Shown piece after piece: positions 1 through 13,500 of a stretch of DNA of 64,000 nt. Where the stretch lies: NCBI GenBank assembly GCA_000934665.2, contig KZ538307.1, forward strand, positions 1-64,000. Reading direction: 5' to 3'. The position numbers and the translations under genes are program-made. Each line of letters starts with the position of its first letter. The first letter of the stretch is position 1. Under the pieces are notes generated by a model that was not told where the DNA came from, ran no database searches, and worked only from the letters and a program-made list of their open reading frames with translations. Origin of the DNA: Catajapyx aquilonaris. Its lineage: Eukaryota.

Positions 1-2
1 TG

Positions 3-302
3 ATGTCACCACGACTCACTCATGTGACAGTGCGATACACAGCAAGCCTTACAGATCAGTTGATGGCAGATGTATTGGCACGCAACAAATTTGAGCATCT
101 GCATGAGTGGGAGATGGAGTATTGCAACAATGTGACTGCAGCTCCTATTAAGAGGCTTCTGGGGCTGCAAAATCCACTCCGAGTGTTGAAGCTGTGGGAG
201 TGCAGGAAGATCACTCAGGCAGATGCAGAAGAGCTCTGGGAACTCAAAAGCAAGAATAAGTGGGAGATATATTATAACCTAGTGTTAAGCTCTCTGTGGT
301 GA
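3..302 (+). CDS. 3' end of an upstream gene; LRR-containing (F-box/LRR-like) protein C-terminus, 5'-partial
   Basis: Open frame from the window edge to TGA at 300-302. Translation has Cys-containing LRR-like units (LHEWEMEYCNNVT, LRVLKLWECRKIT). The rest of the gene lies outside the window. Confidence 0.55.
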   Translation: MSPRLTHVTVRYTASLTDQLMADVLARNKFEHLHEWEMEYCNNVTAAPIKRLLGLQNPLRVLKLWECRKITQADAEELWELKSKNKWEIYYNLVLSSLW

Positions 303-2416
303 ATTAATAATTCACATTTTCCACACTCCAGTTCCAACTTACAGTAGGATTCTAGGACTGCATTTATTCAGAACATTTGTCAACTTGAAGAATTTAGTTT
401 GATCACTAGATGTGATATGGTGTTTCCAGACTTTCCATGAAGTGTGCATGAAGAGAATTTCTCTGGTTGCACATGACTGCTAACTAAGTTGCCTCCTCAA
501 ATAAAGATTTAAGTGTGTGTCATACCACTCCCCTAGTAAAAATTGTCCACCATGACTAGCTGTCACCCATCCAATCCCCCAGGTCTTAGCCATCGTCCTT
601 CCTAGTCCTCCTCGTAGGGTAATAGAGTGCAACCAGTATGTAGCAGGATCTCTGGGTTTTACAATATTATCTCGAAGGGACATGTTTGGACAACCTGCCC
701 CCAAGGCCAGCTGATTTGCATATAGACAGGTTTCTGTATTTAAAAATTGTCTGTATCTTTCAAAGGAATCAGCGATTTGTAGCTTGCAACTAGTTGTGTA
801 GTGTGGTCATGTCAGTGTAATGATTTTTGCTGAGCTTGTCTCCATAGTATAAGGTTCTCTTAAGTCCAGTCCTTCTCTGTAGTTTTCTTATGTGCTGATT
901 GAATTGAACTTGCAGAAATGACACCCATAAGTTAGCATGCTTCATGGATGGTCTGGAAAAATAAAATTACAGTTTGTGTTGTGAACTAAATATAAATGTT
1001 GGGTTTGGAGGAATGAGAAGGTAATTTTTGTAATAAACCTTTCCATGTATCTTGCACAAGGATGAAGTATTTCCACATTAACGGAATTGTCATGTGACTT
1101 GCTGATTTCATGACAAAGGGCAATACTTATATCTGAATCTCTTGCTCTGCTCATTAGCAGGATTTCAGCTGTCTTCATAATTAGTTTTTTCCCAGTTTTT
1201 ATGAAACCTGTTGCTACAGGTAAAGGGCACAGTTTTGACAAAATGCACAGGAATGGCAGGGCCCTATTTTCAGGTAGACAAAGAACTTGCCGCAAGTTTT
1301 TCAGTAATAGAGTAAGCCCTTTAGGAATGGAAATGACTATCAGTATCTAGCCTGAATTTTTACAGATGTGGTGAAAAATTATGTAATGTACAAGTGTTGT
1401 ATTCCAAGTAAAGTGTTTGCAGAAGGCTTGGTTTTGTATTGTTGCAATTAACTTATTCTGGTTTAGTGTGCATTATGCTGGGTGTCACATCAGTTTTCTT
1501 GCCAAATATTTGCCTGATGACAGTTCACTTGCCATACATATCCACCTGATGGGATATATTCAGAATGAATCATGCATTATTCAGACACCTCTAGTCTGCG
1601 TACCAGACAGGATTTCAGAGTATTGCGGAACTCAGAACAGTACAGACAGTGGGCCCTCTGCTAAGCCCAACTCACCTGCGATTATTACCATCATGAGTGT
1701 TACCATTGATGGATGCCCCTTTGACCTATATTATTGCAAGCTGCTATTCTTTGTTATTGATATCTGTTGATATAGAACTGAACTGAGACATTATGCTGCT
1801 CTGATGTACCCAGCACTGTAAAAATAAGGGAGGCAGGCAATCCCCTTGAGCAGATATTTCCTGAGTCACTTGGCATCAGCCACCTACAGTCTGGAGAAAA
1901 TTAACCATTCACTAGGAAATCACCAATAGCAAACAAAATAATGTCATTAGCTCCAGCCAGTCCATATTTGCATTTATCATCAGTTCATTTTTATTCTCCA
2001 AATGTTTATTTTGAAAAACACGCGACTGCTGACTATATATATGTCCAAGAGCTAATTAGCTGTTGGTATGACGGAATCCTTAATTTCAGGGTCAGTTCTG
2101 TCATACTGGGGTGTGTATTGTACATTTGTACTATTGTATTATCAAACTTGCCGGCACCGTACCGTACAGTACGTACGTGGGACGTACCTGGTACGTACTA
2201 TCACCAGAGAGGTCGCGTTTTCCTCATCGAGTTATGCCCTTAGGTTACGCCCGCAGTTCGAAAGACCGGGTCCCATCTCCCCAGCACGAATCGAATGGGT
2301 GACCGATCATGCGCTCACATGTGACCGTACGTTGTGTACCCTGTGAACCCGACTCTGGGACGGGGAGAGAAACGCGCCCTCTTCCGACTGCAACCTTCCG
2401 GTCTTCCCGATCCAAG

Positions 2417-5400
2417 ATGGCTTCCCTCAGGTTGGCTGCGTCTCTGCTCACCTCTTCCCAGGCACGGTTCTCCTACGCTGCAGGTAAGGAGGGACCTCTT
2501 TCTGGCAGGGGTACGGGCCCCGGGGCCACCCCGGGGCCCACGCCTCCAAGTTGACACCTCCAATTTGGGCCTTTTCGGCGGGTGACAGGCCAGTCTGCGC
2601 CGGGTTTCAGTCACCGGCTCTCAGGTGCTGGGAGGGCAAGAAAAGGTCACGTGAGCCCTTCTTTTCAATCGGCTTGTTTTTCACATTATGTGCAACTTGT
2701 AACAGAATGTAAGTATTCAGGGCCACACTTCATAGGCTCATAACGCAACTAGGGTAACAGGATGGAGGATCATGACGCAGCGGATTATTCTCAGGCGGTT
2801 GCTTACTTACTTTGGGGCGAAAATCGACCAAAGTCGAAAGGTAAATGCTGTAGTCGCACTTAACTGATACAAGATAGTATTCCCCAGAGTATGGTCTACC
2901 ACTTAAGTTTATTCACCATTGGGTTATACCAGCTGCAGTTGCTGTCTGACCAAGTTACCTGGTGGGCAAGCATAGCCAAATAACTGTTAAGTGAGCATTA
3001 ATGTATTTGAATGGCCCATTTTAGTTAGAATTTTTTTGACACTGAGCTGCTTATTCTGAATAAGTTACTTTTAGGGGCAACAAAGGCAGCTGCTACTTTT
3101 GGTGAGTAATAAATCTGGAGCTCAGTTTCATGGCCTCAGGTCTCTGCCTGGAAGTGGTGAGCAAGTGACCCACAAGTTTCCCCATGTTTGTGTCACCTGG
3201 TTTTTGTTTTTGTGCTCAAAGGGGGAATTTGTTCTCAGAGAGCACAAAAGTGCAAGGTATAGACTTAATTTGTGACTGGGGAGGCCACCTCAGATGTACA
3301 GGGGAATGGTCTCAATAGGTCACAGCTGTTTGAAATGGTTTCATGTAATTTTAATCCTGCAGAGTCACAAATATAATTTTCATGGGCTCTGACCAGGGGA
3401 GTCAACACTGAAAAATGGGCTTGTAAAATGTAGAACATGCCAGGCAAGCATTCCTGCAGGTGTGCCAATCCTGCAGGTTTCTGAGAGCTATTATTCATCA
3501 CTCGCACCCTTCCTCTCCCTTGCAATAGGTGACTTTATAACTGTGACTGTTGACTGATATCAATACCAGTCTCATGGAATTCAATGTACATGCACAGGCC
3601 ATCATGGCAAACAAGCCTTCTGATCTATGGTTAGTTAACATGATATTTTTAATTGCCTGTAAAAGTAACTGGGTCATTCCACTACAAGCCAGGAAATGTG
3701 TTGGCTCTACCTACTTCGATTTTCATACATTGTTTCAGTCATTATGTTCACTCACGGCATATTCCCACCAAGATGGGGATACCAGCGATGACCATGTACA
3801 ATCCACCTGGACATCTTGTACGACCAGTATAATAAATCCTCTGGTGACTGGTCAGGCCACGCAATTTTCGTGGCAAAGCATTAGGCCGCTGTATCCATAG
3901 GCAAGACATTGCAAAATGTCTTGCCTATGGGTACAGCGGCCTAATTCCCAATCTTACATAGGTTTTTCAAAATTTCCCAAATCAGGGCATCTCGCAAATT
4001 TGCAGTTTTCGACCCAAAGTTTAGGCATGTGGGACTGGATCAATATTCATTGTTGTTGCGGATTTTCTATTTTGCGATAAACAGGAAGTACATCGTGGGC
4101 TTTAATGTCAATGGTAAATTTGGTTTCCAACATTAATAACGTCGGCCGGCGATCAAAACCTCGTAACTCCTCAAGACCAAATTTTACAGGAAGGACAAAA
4201 AGCATTTTGTAAAATCATGTTTTCTGTTCATGCTGACAATTATTCCTACAGTATAGCATAACGTAAGCCTTACCTTTCATGAGGATGATGTTGAATTCAT
4301 GTACACCGTTGCAAAGTTGTTCAAAGGGACTTACGAGGTACATAAGTCCATTTTCGCGCAAAATGGAGTTACGAGGTTTTGATCGCTGGCCGACGATAAG
4401 CACATAGTGAATATTTCAAGTGAGGATCCTATTCTGAATGTCACCACCACCACCAAGGGAATCATCTCCTGTCAAATTGCTTGGCAATTCTACAAGAAAC
4501 TAAGGGATACATGTATACTGTAGTACTTTTTAAAATCATATTTACCAATCCCCTCACTCATGTATGTACTGTACCCTGCACGTGATAAAACATCGATTGT
4601 GATCCTTTCCATAAGTTTATTGATGTATGATTTATAGCCTTACCTGTGCTTTAATTAGTCTAATACATGCCAGTTCATTTTTTGTCTGCATGTCTTGGAC
4701 AAGGAAAAGAATCAGAATTTCATATGCTTATTTCCTAGACTGTTGTGAAAACATTAGATGTAATAATAATATATTTTGATATATCATCTTTGATATCAAT
4801 TTTCCAGGAGAATTTTAAATCTATTATTATTTATAATTTCTTCACAACAGTGTAGGAACTATGAGCATATAAAACTATGATTCTTTTCCTTGTCCAAGAC
4901 ATGCAGAGAAAAAATGAACAGGCATATATTAGATTAATTAAAGCATAGGTAAGTCTATAAGTTTTACATCAATAAACTTATGGAAATGGTCAATATCGGT
5001 GTTTTATTATGTACGTACATGAGCGAGGTGATTGGTAAATACAATAAAAAAGTACAACAGTCTACATATATATCCCATGGTTTCTTGCAGAATTGTGGCA
5101 CAATTTGAAAGGAGGAGATTTTCCTTGTGGAGCATGACTTTCAGAATTGGAGCCTCGTTAAAAAATTTGCTACGTACTTATTACTGTTGGAAACCAAGTG
5201 TATCATATATGATCGACTTCCTGCTTAACCCCTTCAGCCCCAGATCGGCCCGAACCACACAGTTTTCGGCTTACGAAGACTCCGAAGATACGGACAAGAT
5301 ATTTTGCAAATAATAACAGCTATACTTACGAGATCTGGGAAAACCCTATGAATGTGTCTGGAACCATTTTACTCGTCTAGAAGTCCCTAAATTAATTTCC

Positions 5401-7474
5401 AAAAAAGGGCTATAATAACTCGAAATTGGACTACTGCCGCCCAACTTTTAGGCTGATTTAATTATGAAATGCGTGAAAATATGCGGAATAACAACCTTGA
5501 GAACCATGCCAGAGGAATTTGCTGAAATCGTTGTGCTTTGCGAGAAATAATTTAATACTTATTTGCGGCTTTCTAGCACTTAGGAAAACTCCTAAATGAG
5601 TATGAGATGAGTTCTCTGAAATTGTCGTACTTCATGAGAAACAAATAAATTTGGGAGTTTTCCGAAGTTTTCTGAAGTGCCAGAAAGCCGCAAATAAGTC
5701 TTTATTTATTTCTCGCAAAGCGCAACGATTTCAGCAAATTCCTCTGGTATGGTTCTCAAAGTTGTTATTCCGCATATTTTCACGCATTTCATAATTGAAT
5801 CAGCCTAAAAGTTGGGCGGCAGTAGTCCAATTTCGAGTTCTTATAGCCCTTTTTTGGAAATTAATTTAGGGACTTCTAGACGAGTAAAATGGTTCCAGAC
5901 ACATTCATAGGGTTTTCCCAGATCTCGTAAGTATAGCTGTTATTATTTGCAAAATATCTTCTCCGTATCTTCGGAGTACGCGTAAGCCGAAAACTGTGTG
6001 GTTCGGGCCGATCTGGGGCTGAAGGGGTTAATCCCAGGAAAAAACAGCAAAAAAAATGAAAATGGATAAAGTCCCTCAAAAATCTTTCATGTCTGTTATG
6101 CCAACCACTTTGACTCAGCATTTCTGATAAGGTCAACATTACATCACACGCATATTGCCAATAGATTCCTTGTGATGCCCTGCTGCTATTGCTTGGTGTA
6201 ATATGGAATGAAGTTATACACTCAAACAAAAAAGCAGCTGGTCCAATTACATAAGATGGCAAGGTAAGCTTCTGCTTCCTGGGCCTTCTTCTTTTCCCTC
6301 CCTTGTCGCTGACTACCCATTATAGGGAAATGTCGTGATAGTGATGATGATGACAGAACTAATGAGTGTCGTGCACTTATTGACTATGCTTGCAAAACTG
6401 TGGTGGGATCCACCCTCTGGATTTTAATTGAGATTGATACGTTCAACGGTAGAGTAATAATACATTATGCAACCAATATACAGTTGCATCCGGATATAAC
6501 AGACTTCAAGGACCACAGAAATGAGTCTGTTATAACCATGGTCTGTTATAGCCAAATACACAGGTAATATATGGAAGAATGGCGGGACGGGCCTTTTGAG
6601 TATGTTATAACCGAAAATCTGTTGTAGCCGATGCTGTTATATCTAGATTCAACTCGTAACCGTTTCTTAAAATAAATATAAAATACGAATTCTACAATTC
6701 CACTTCATCTGGCACTCATCAGACACCTTCTGGCCCTCATTCACATTGGCTCATCTATATTATTAATACACTACTGCACCCATAACTCCCCCCAAACCGT
6801 ATGGCCTACAGCGTTGGGAGTGCTGTCAAAATTTTGCCTGTGAGTTCTATATACCACCACTTTTGTTTTTTTGGAAAAGTGACCAGGGAATACGTAAATC
6901 GCAAATACCACGATGCACGAGGTCACAAGGCAACGAGGCCAGCTCCAGGGAATTCCCATCTCTCTTGCTCGGCTCTCAGGTCGCCACCTGCTCGCCAGCT
7001 CGCCAACTTCTCAACGTTCCTGTTGGATGTCGTTATAGTCACATGTCGCTTCGATGCTGCTCCCTGCTGAGCCTCTCTCATGGCCTTAGAATACTCAGGT
7101 CTGGACACTACCCTCGTATCTCCTCTTATCACCTATGGTGGTCTAACAACAACATGCCAGAGGTGACCTCATGAGAGCGCTTTGCCCGCTTTTCTTCAGG
7201 GGCTAGACCAGTGGCGACACACCAGACTCAGTAGGAGAGAGGCAACTCGCTTCTCTTCTACTGAAGTTCAGAGGAGTCCGGTAGAGTCTTAAGTAGAAGA
7301 GAAGCAAGTCGGCTCTCTTATACTGAGCCCGGTGGCGTCGCCACTGGTTTAGTCCCTAAAGTAAACTGGGCAAAGTGCTCTCAAGCGGTCACCGCCCACA
7401 AACCGGCCCATCAGATCCCCAAAGGTGTTAAGAGGAGATATGAGGGTAGTGTCTGGGGGCTGGCCTCTCTCTCT

Positions 7475-7508
<34 letters not shown>

Positions 7509-10474
7509 CCTCCGTCCTGCTGTTCGACAAAGTAACCTTACTGGAAGACGTGGTAGAGAGGAAAACAGGTGTGGGCAACATAGGCAACCTGATCATGAAC
7601 ACCATCCTCATCACCGTGGCAAGATNNNNNNNNNNNNNNNNNNNNNNNNNNNNNNNNNNNNNNNNNNNNNNNNGAGAGAGAGAGAGAGAGAGAGAGAGAT
7701 ACTAACAATTTGTGCCAAATTTTGGCCACTGGCTACCTAGTGAGGGGTTTAGAGTTCATCCCATTGGTTTGCATGCGAGTTGGCGGGGTTCAAAGTTAGA
7801 CATAGTTGTAATCATAACACATTTGTTAGCGTGCAAGTGCCTCATTTCGATGTCTTCAATTCTGATTTTTGTCAATCCATTGACAATTTCCTGACAAGGG
7901 CGACAATGTATAGTATATGCAGCATCAAGGTATCTGAACCTGAATTCATGCTCCCACATTGAAGCCCAAATAGAAACAAATTTTTAAAATGAGACATTTA
8001 GGTACTTTTATACCATGAAACTGTAAGGATCAGAATCTCTGGGTTGTAGCTTTTCATGGGGATACCTCAGTGACATAAGAACACCTTCGCAGATATTTGT
8101 GTGAGTTATTAATTTTGTTACTATTTCCAAGATGTTTTGTGGTCTTGTGATATTTCGCAATGGTGTATTTCACTGATGGGTTGCAATTTTTCAGCTCCAA
8201 GACTATGCCGCAGCTTCACCATGACATCGGCCATGAATGGAACACACGTCAACTACGAAGTGAAAAATGGTGTTGCTGTTATTCGTTTCGATTCACCAAA
8301 TTCAAAGGTAACCAAAGAGAGAAGTGGAAGCCATCAAGTGATAAATTTGAGTTGACTCATTAAAGCATACTTCTTTCAAAATAGGTGAATACATTAAATC
8401 AAGATGTGATGCAGGAGGCTGAAGAGGCATTCAGGGCAGTTCAAAACAATGCTGCTGTCCAGGCTGCAGTTTTGATTTCAGGCAAACCTGGCTGCTTTAT
8501 AGCTGGAGCGGACATCACCATGTTGGAAAAGTGCAAGACTGCACAGGAAGCTGAGACCCTATCTCATGGAGCTCAGCTGGTTCTAGGAGAGATTGAGGGT
8601 AGCACTAAGCCATACGTGGCAGCCATCTCTGGGTCCTGTCTTGGAGGAGGCCTGGAGGTATGATTAGTACAGGGTATATTGTGCTATTATACAGTGAAAC
8701 TTGACAGTAAATGAATTCAGTGGTGAAGATCTGAGTTTATTGTATTACTGTTTGGTATGTAATGTTCAGGACTAAATGCTCCTTGGCTTTCGAAATGCTG
8801 GATGTGCAGAAAAAAAAAAAAACAAGATTTGACTGAACTACACAATGTATGATGCTGGTTGCTGGCTGTCAGTTTATTCAAAGGAACATTCTCCACTGAA
8901 AATTATTGCCGGTCAGACCAAAGTGAATATTCTTCACTAACTTTGGAATATTGTGATTCCACGAAGCTGTTATTTTTACCCTGCTATTTATGCTAATTAC
9001 CAGTATTGTCATGTACCAGGTTGCCCTTGCCTGCCATTATCGAGTTGCTGTGAAGGATCGCAAAACTGGTCTGGGTGTCCCAGAGGTCATGCTGGGCCTG
9101 CTTCCTGGTGGTGGAGGGACCCAGCGCCTCCCCAGGCTCATATCTGTCCCATCTGCATTGGACATGGCCCTCACTGGAAGGACCATTGTTGCAGATAGGG
9201 CCAAAAGGATGGGTCTGGTGGACCTGCTTGTGGATCCCTTGGGACCTGGGCTTAAGCCACCTGAGGTTCGGTGAGTGTCCTAATTGTTGAGATATACATT
9301 TTAAATTAAAATGAAAAATTTACTAGTCAAGTTAATCTCATTGGGTGCTATTTCAAGTCAGCATCTTTCTGTGGTTTAGTGTAGTACATTAAACCATGTG
9401 ACCTGGTACGGTGCACTAAGGACATTTACATCAAGAGTTGTGTTTAGACTTGTGCTGACTTACTGCAGGGATTAGTGTGGTCTAACAAGTGGAGTAGTTG
9501 ACTTAGGCCACTGCAAGGGGGACCCTTCTGCAACTAGAGTTGCACCAGCACTACACTAACAATGAGTGTTTCACTAATTCAGCCAAATATGGCCAAGTAT
9601 AATCTTTTGCCTGGTAATTACTGCAGGCTGTTGCCGCAATCCTACCCCACTCTAGTAACTGCCTAAAAACAGATAAATGTACAGTCAGAACTCAGGAATA
9701 TAAAACAATGTTTCTTGAGAAACACAAAAGTCATCATTCAGGAAGAATCAAAAGTTTCCAGATGGGAAAGTTTCTGCTGCATCCAAGATTCATAAGACAG
9801 GTTTCAGAGTATTGTAACTGGGTGCTGATGGGGCTCTCACTCAGTATAATTATTCATTTCATTAGGACAATGGAGTATTTGGAGGAGGTGGCAATCCAGG
9901 TTGCTCGTGACCTGGCAGCAAAGAAGGTTAAAGTGAACCGCCAAGGGTCGATGATGGACCGCGTCATGAAATTTGCCCTTGGTTTCAACTTTGTGAAGGA
10001 CCAGGTGTTTACAAGAGCTAAGGCACAGGTAATGAAGCAGACTCAGGGACTGTACCCAGCCCCTCTCAAAATCCTGGAAGTAATCAGAGCAGGTCTAGAC
10101 AAAGGCCTAGACCAAGGATATGAAGCGGAGAGGAAAGGGTTTGGCCAACTGGCTGTCACCAAGGAGTGCAAGGGACTCATTGGACTTTTCCATGGGCAGA
10201 CAGAATGCAAGAAGAACCGTTTTGGCAAACCAAAACAACCTGCTCAGTAAGTATTTCTAACTTCAGCTTTTGATTTGGCACATATGATGAAACCTAAATT
10301 TATCGTTGTTTTTTAACACTGATTGATTCAGGAATGTGATAAATTTGGTGACCTATAAAAATGAGAATTGAAAAAATTTACATTTGCCTGTGTGTATTTT
10401 CGCCAACAAACAACATACACCAATGTTATTTTTTTCACTCTCAAGTCAATTTTGCATTACTTTGTTTTTAAAGT

Positions 10475-10508
<34 letters not shown>

Positions 10509-13500
10509 TTTTTCATTACCCCACGGGGGGAGTTACATACTCCTTAGGGGGGGTGGGTTACCACCTTTGGAAATTTGTGTTGGAGCGGGTTTAAGAATAA
10601 TCTTAATTAGTATGCTCCAAGGGTGGGTGGGAGGGGATGTGCAAAGTGCAAGTGCAATGTCTCTAATCGTCATTTTGTGAACTCCCCCGGGTGGCTTAGT
10701 CTGTCGGAAATTGCCACCCGAAACGAAGCCAGAGATGGCCCAACTCTGCACGAAAGAAGGTGGGAACCCCGGGTGGGGATTGAACCCGGGACCTTAACTT
10801 CCGTGGGCGCGCGCGTTACCGCGGCGCCACTCCGTCTCCCCATGAAAGTGTTAAATTTGTTTAGCATCAGTTTTCTTTTTTTATTGAACAATGAACATTC
10901 CATATTTATTTTACTCTTTCACTCGACTTTTATGGTGATGTAATGAGCTTGCTAAAGTGCTCTGATAGACTCGCACACATGAATTGCTTCAGTCAAACTA
11001 GCCACTGGTTTGGGTTCGGCTTTCTTATTGGCTTGTTGTCTGGCAGGTAAAGGTGTGTGCACAAGCTGGCTAGAATAGGTCATGGCGAGATGGAGAAGCC
11101 AATTTTCATATGCCATTCTTCCTTGACTCCTTCACTCATTTTAAATGTTTCAAATACACTCAAAAATGCAATTTCTAGTGAGCTTGTGAAGGCACTTTAA
11201 GACGTGTGCAACATAGCACAGCTAACTTTGCTGAGTCCAAACTGTGAATACTTGTTACACGAAGTTCCAAATACATAACTGCTGTTATTACTACAGATTC
11301 AGTGTTAACATTTGCATATGTGAATGGTTTTGTTCTGTCTTAAAAACAGTCTCCAGTTACGTTATTCAGGACTATATTTGTGAAAGGTAGATGAGGGAAA
11401 ATGATAAGTGAAAGAACAATAGATGTGGGCTAAATTCCCATTGTCTAAATAGGATTTATTCCGAGAACAAGAGATCAAGGTTTCACTGTTTTGGAATTTG
11501 TGCTTAATTTTTTTTGTTGTCATGTATTGTATTAGGTTGCACCAGGTGGGATTTTTTTTATATAGTTCTCTATTAGGATGACTTAATGATTTGGACAATT
11601 GGCAATTTATTGCTTTTTGACACAAGGAACCGTAGAAATTATCATTTACAAGTACAGTACAGTATTGGTCATATATCGAGGCAACTTCCAGGGACATTTT
11701 CCGAAGCGGCAGAAGAAGGAATTGAAGATAAGCATACTTACAAGCCGGGCGAGCAAGATTCCTTCTTCTGCCACTTCGGAAAATGTCGCTGGCAGTTACC
11801 TCAATTTATGACCAACACTGTACCACTCATAAAGAATGGTACGACTCTATGGACAAAATGTTTATTCTGTTCCCAACCCGTGGCTCACCAGCATGTTTTT
11901 AGGGGTCATGAGGAAGGCTGGGAAAAGGCAATTAAAATCAAGAAAAAAAAGAAGAAAAAAACAAGGCAAAGTAAGAAAAGGGGAAATTCATCTCAAATCT
12001 ATGTAAGCATTGGACCAGGTTGAACATTTTGGTAATAAAAAATTTCGGAAAAAGTCTGGAGGGGGTCATATGGGTTGCCAGAGATCTAGGACAAGTTGTC
12101 CATAGTATCGCGACGAAGTCAGGTTGGGATTAATGCTGGATAGTCAGAATAAAGTTATTGTCTTAGGTTATCATGTTTGGTTTTGTCTATAGTTGATGAA
12201 ATTCAGAAGTGATGCTTGAATGGGTTTTCCAGTATTGTGTTGTTAAGATCCCAAATGTTGAATGTGCATTTGGTCTCTCAAGAGATATTGATATTGTTAT
12301 TCTACATGAACCTGCTCACTATTTTAGGACTCTGGCTGTGCTTGGGGCTGGTCTGATGGGTGCAGGAATCGTGCAAGTATCAGTGGACAAGGGGTACCAT
12401 GTCATCATGAAAGATATGACATTGCAAGGACTTGCTAGGGGGCAGGGCCAGATTCGTTCTGGATTTGATGCTGCTGTCAAGAGAAAGAAGTTCACCACGT
12501 AAGTAAAATGCAATTGGCACACTGCACATTGCCTATGAAAGCCATCTTACTGAGTTTGCTGTCTGCTCAGATGCAAAAAAAAAAGGGGGGTGGGGGGGTG
12601 GGGGGGGGGAGCAGGGTCCAATTTATTTGATGGAATATGGAAAGTCTCTGGAATATTCTCTTAATGATATGTATTTATGTGCGTGTGATTTATTACTATT
12701 ATTATTCCAGGGCTGAACGAGACAGGATCTTGTCTGGCTTGGATTCTACCTTGAATTATGATAACTTTAAAAAGGTGGACATGGTCATCGAGGCAGTGTT
12801 TGAGGATATTAATGTGAAGCACAAGGTGATTAAGGAGGTGGAGCAGCATATTTCAGAGCACTGCATATTTGCCTCCAACACTAGCGCATTGCCCATCACC
12901 AGGATTGCAGAGGCCAGCAAACGCCCAGATAAGGTTAGGAGTCATTAGATTTTTAAACTTCCTGTCACCTTGCCATCTGTTTGCTGTCGCTTCACCTGTT
13001 TCTAAGAGAAACGAAATTACTGTTGCAAGACTGTATTAAATCTAGCATCTCCTGCAATATTAATAGACTAAATACAATACTTGTCCTTATTAATACAATA
13101 CTTGTACTTATTTTGTCGAATACAGGTCATTAACTCATTATTCTAGTCTTGTTAGATTGTTCATAGGTTTTCAAAAGTTCTGTGCCCACAGAAAACCTCC
13201 TGAGAGTGTGGTAGTCATATTACTAGGGTAATATTTGTACCAGAAACATTGCCACCAAATTGAACTGAACCATTTTCCTCCAGGTAGTCGGCATGCACTA
13301 CTTCTCTCCAGTGGACAAGATGCAACTGCTAGAAATTATCACAACTGACAAAACCTCTCCCGACACTGCTGCTAGTGCAGTGCAAGTGGGACTGAAACAA
13401 GGGAAAGTAGTAATTGTGGTAAAGGATGGCCCTGGCTTTTACACCACGCGAATCTTGGCCCCAATGCTGGCAGAAGCTATTCGCCTCCTGCAAGAGGGAG

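Larger units (their letters stand above)
4031..6075. mobile_element. Old degenerate foldback element centred near 4790, interrupted by two younger insertions
   Basis: 4421-4770 is the reverse complement of about 4815-5157 (e.g. TGCATGTCTTGGACAAGGAAAAGAATCA / TGATTCTTTTCCTTGTCCAAGACATGCA). Symmetry resumes outside the inserts (TTGGTTTCCAACA at about 4120 / TGTTGGAAACCAA at about 5187; GGGACT at 4031 / AGTCCC at 6070-6075). Confidence 0.8.

Noticed and set aside
300..2416. HADHB head-to-head with HADHA, as in vertebrates
   Set aside because: No thiolase-like sequence on the - strand; the upstream gene is a same-strand LRR gene.
5032..6262. ORFs 5032-5313 (+) and 5876-6262 (-) as transposase
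   Set aside because: No DDD/DDE features; they are chance frames across the palindromic arms.
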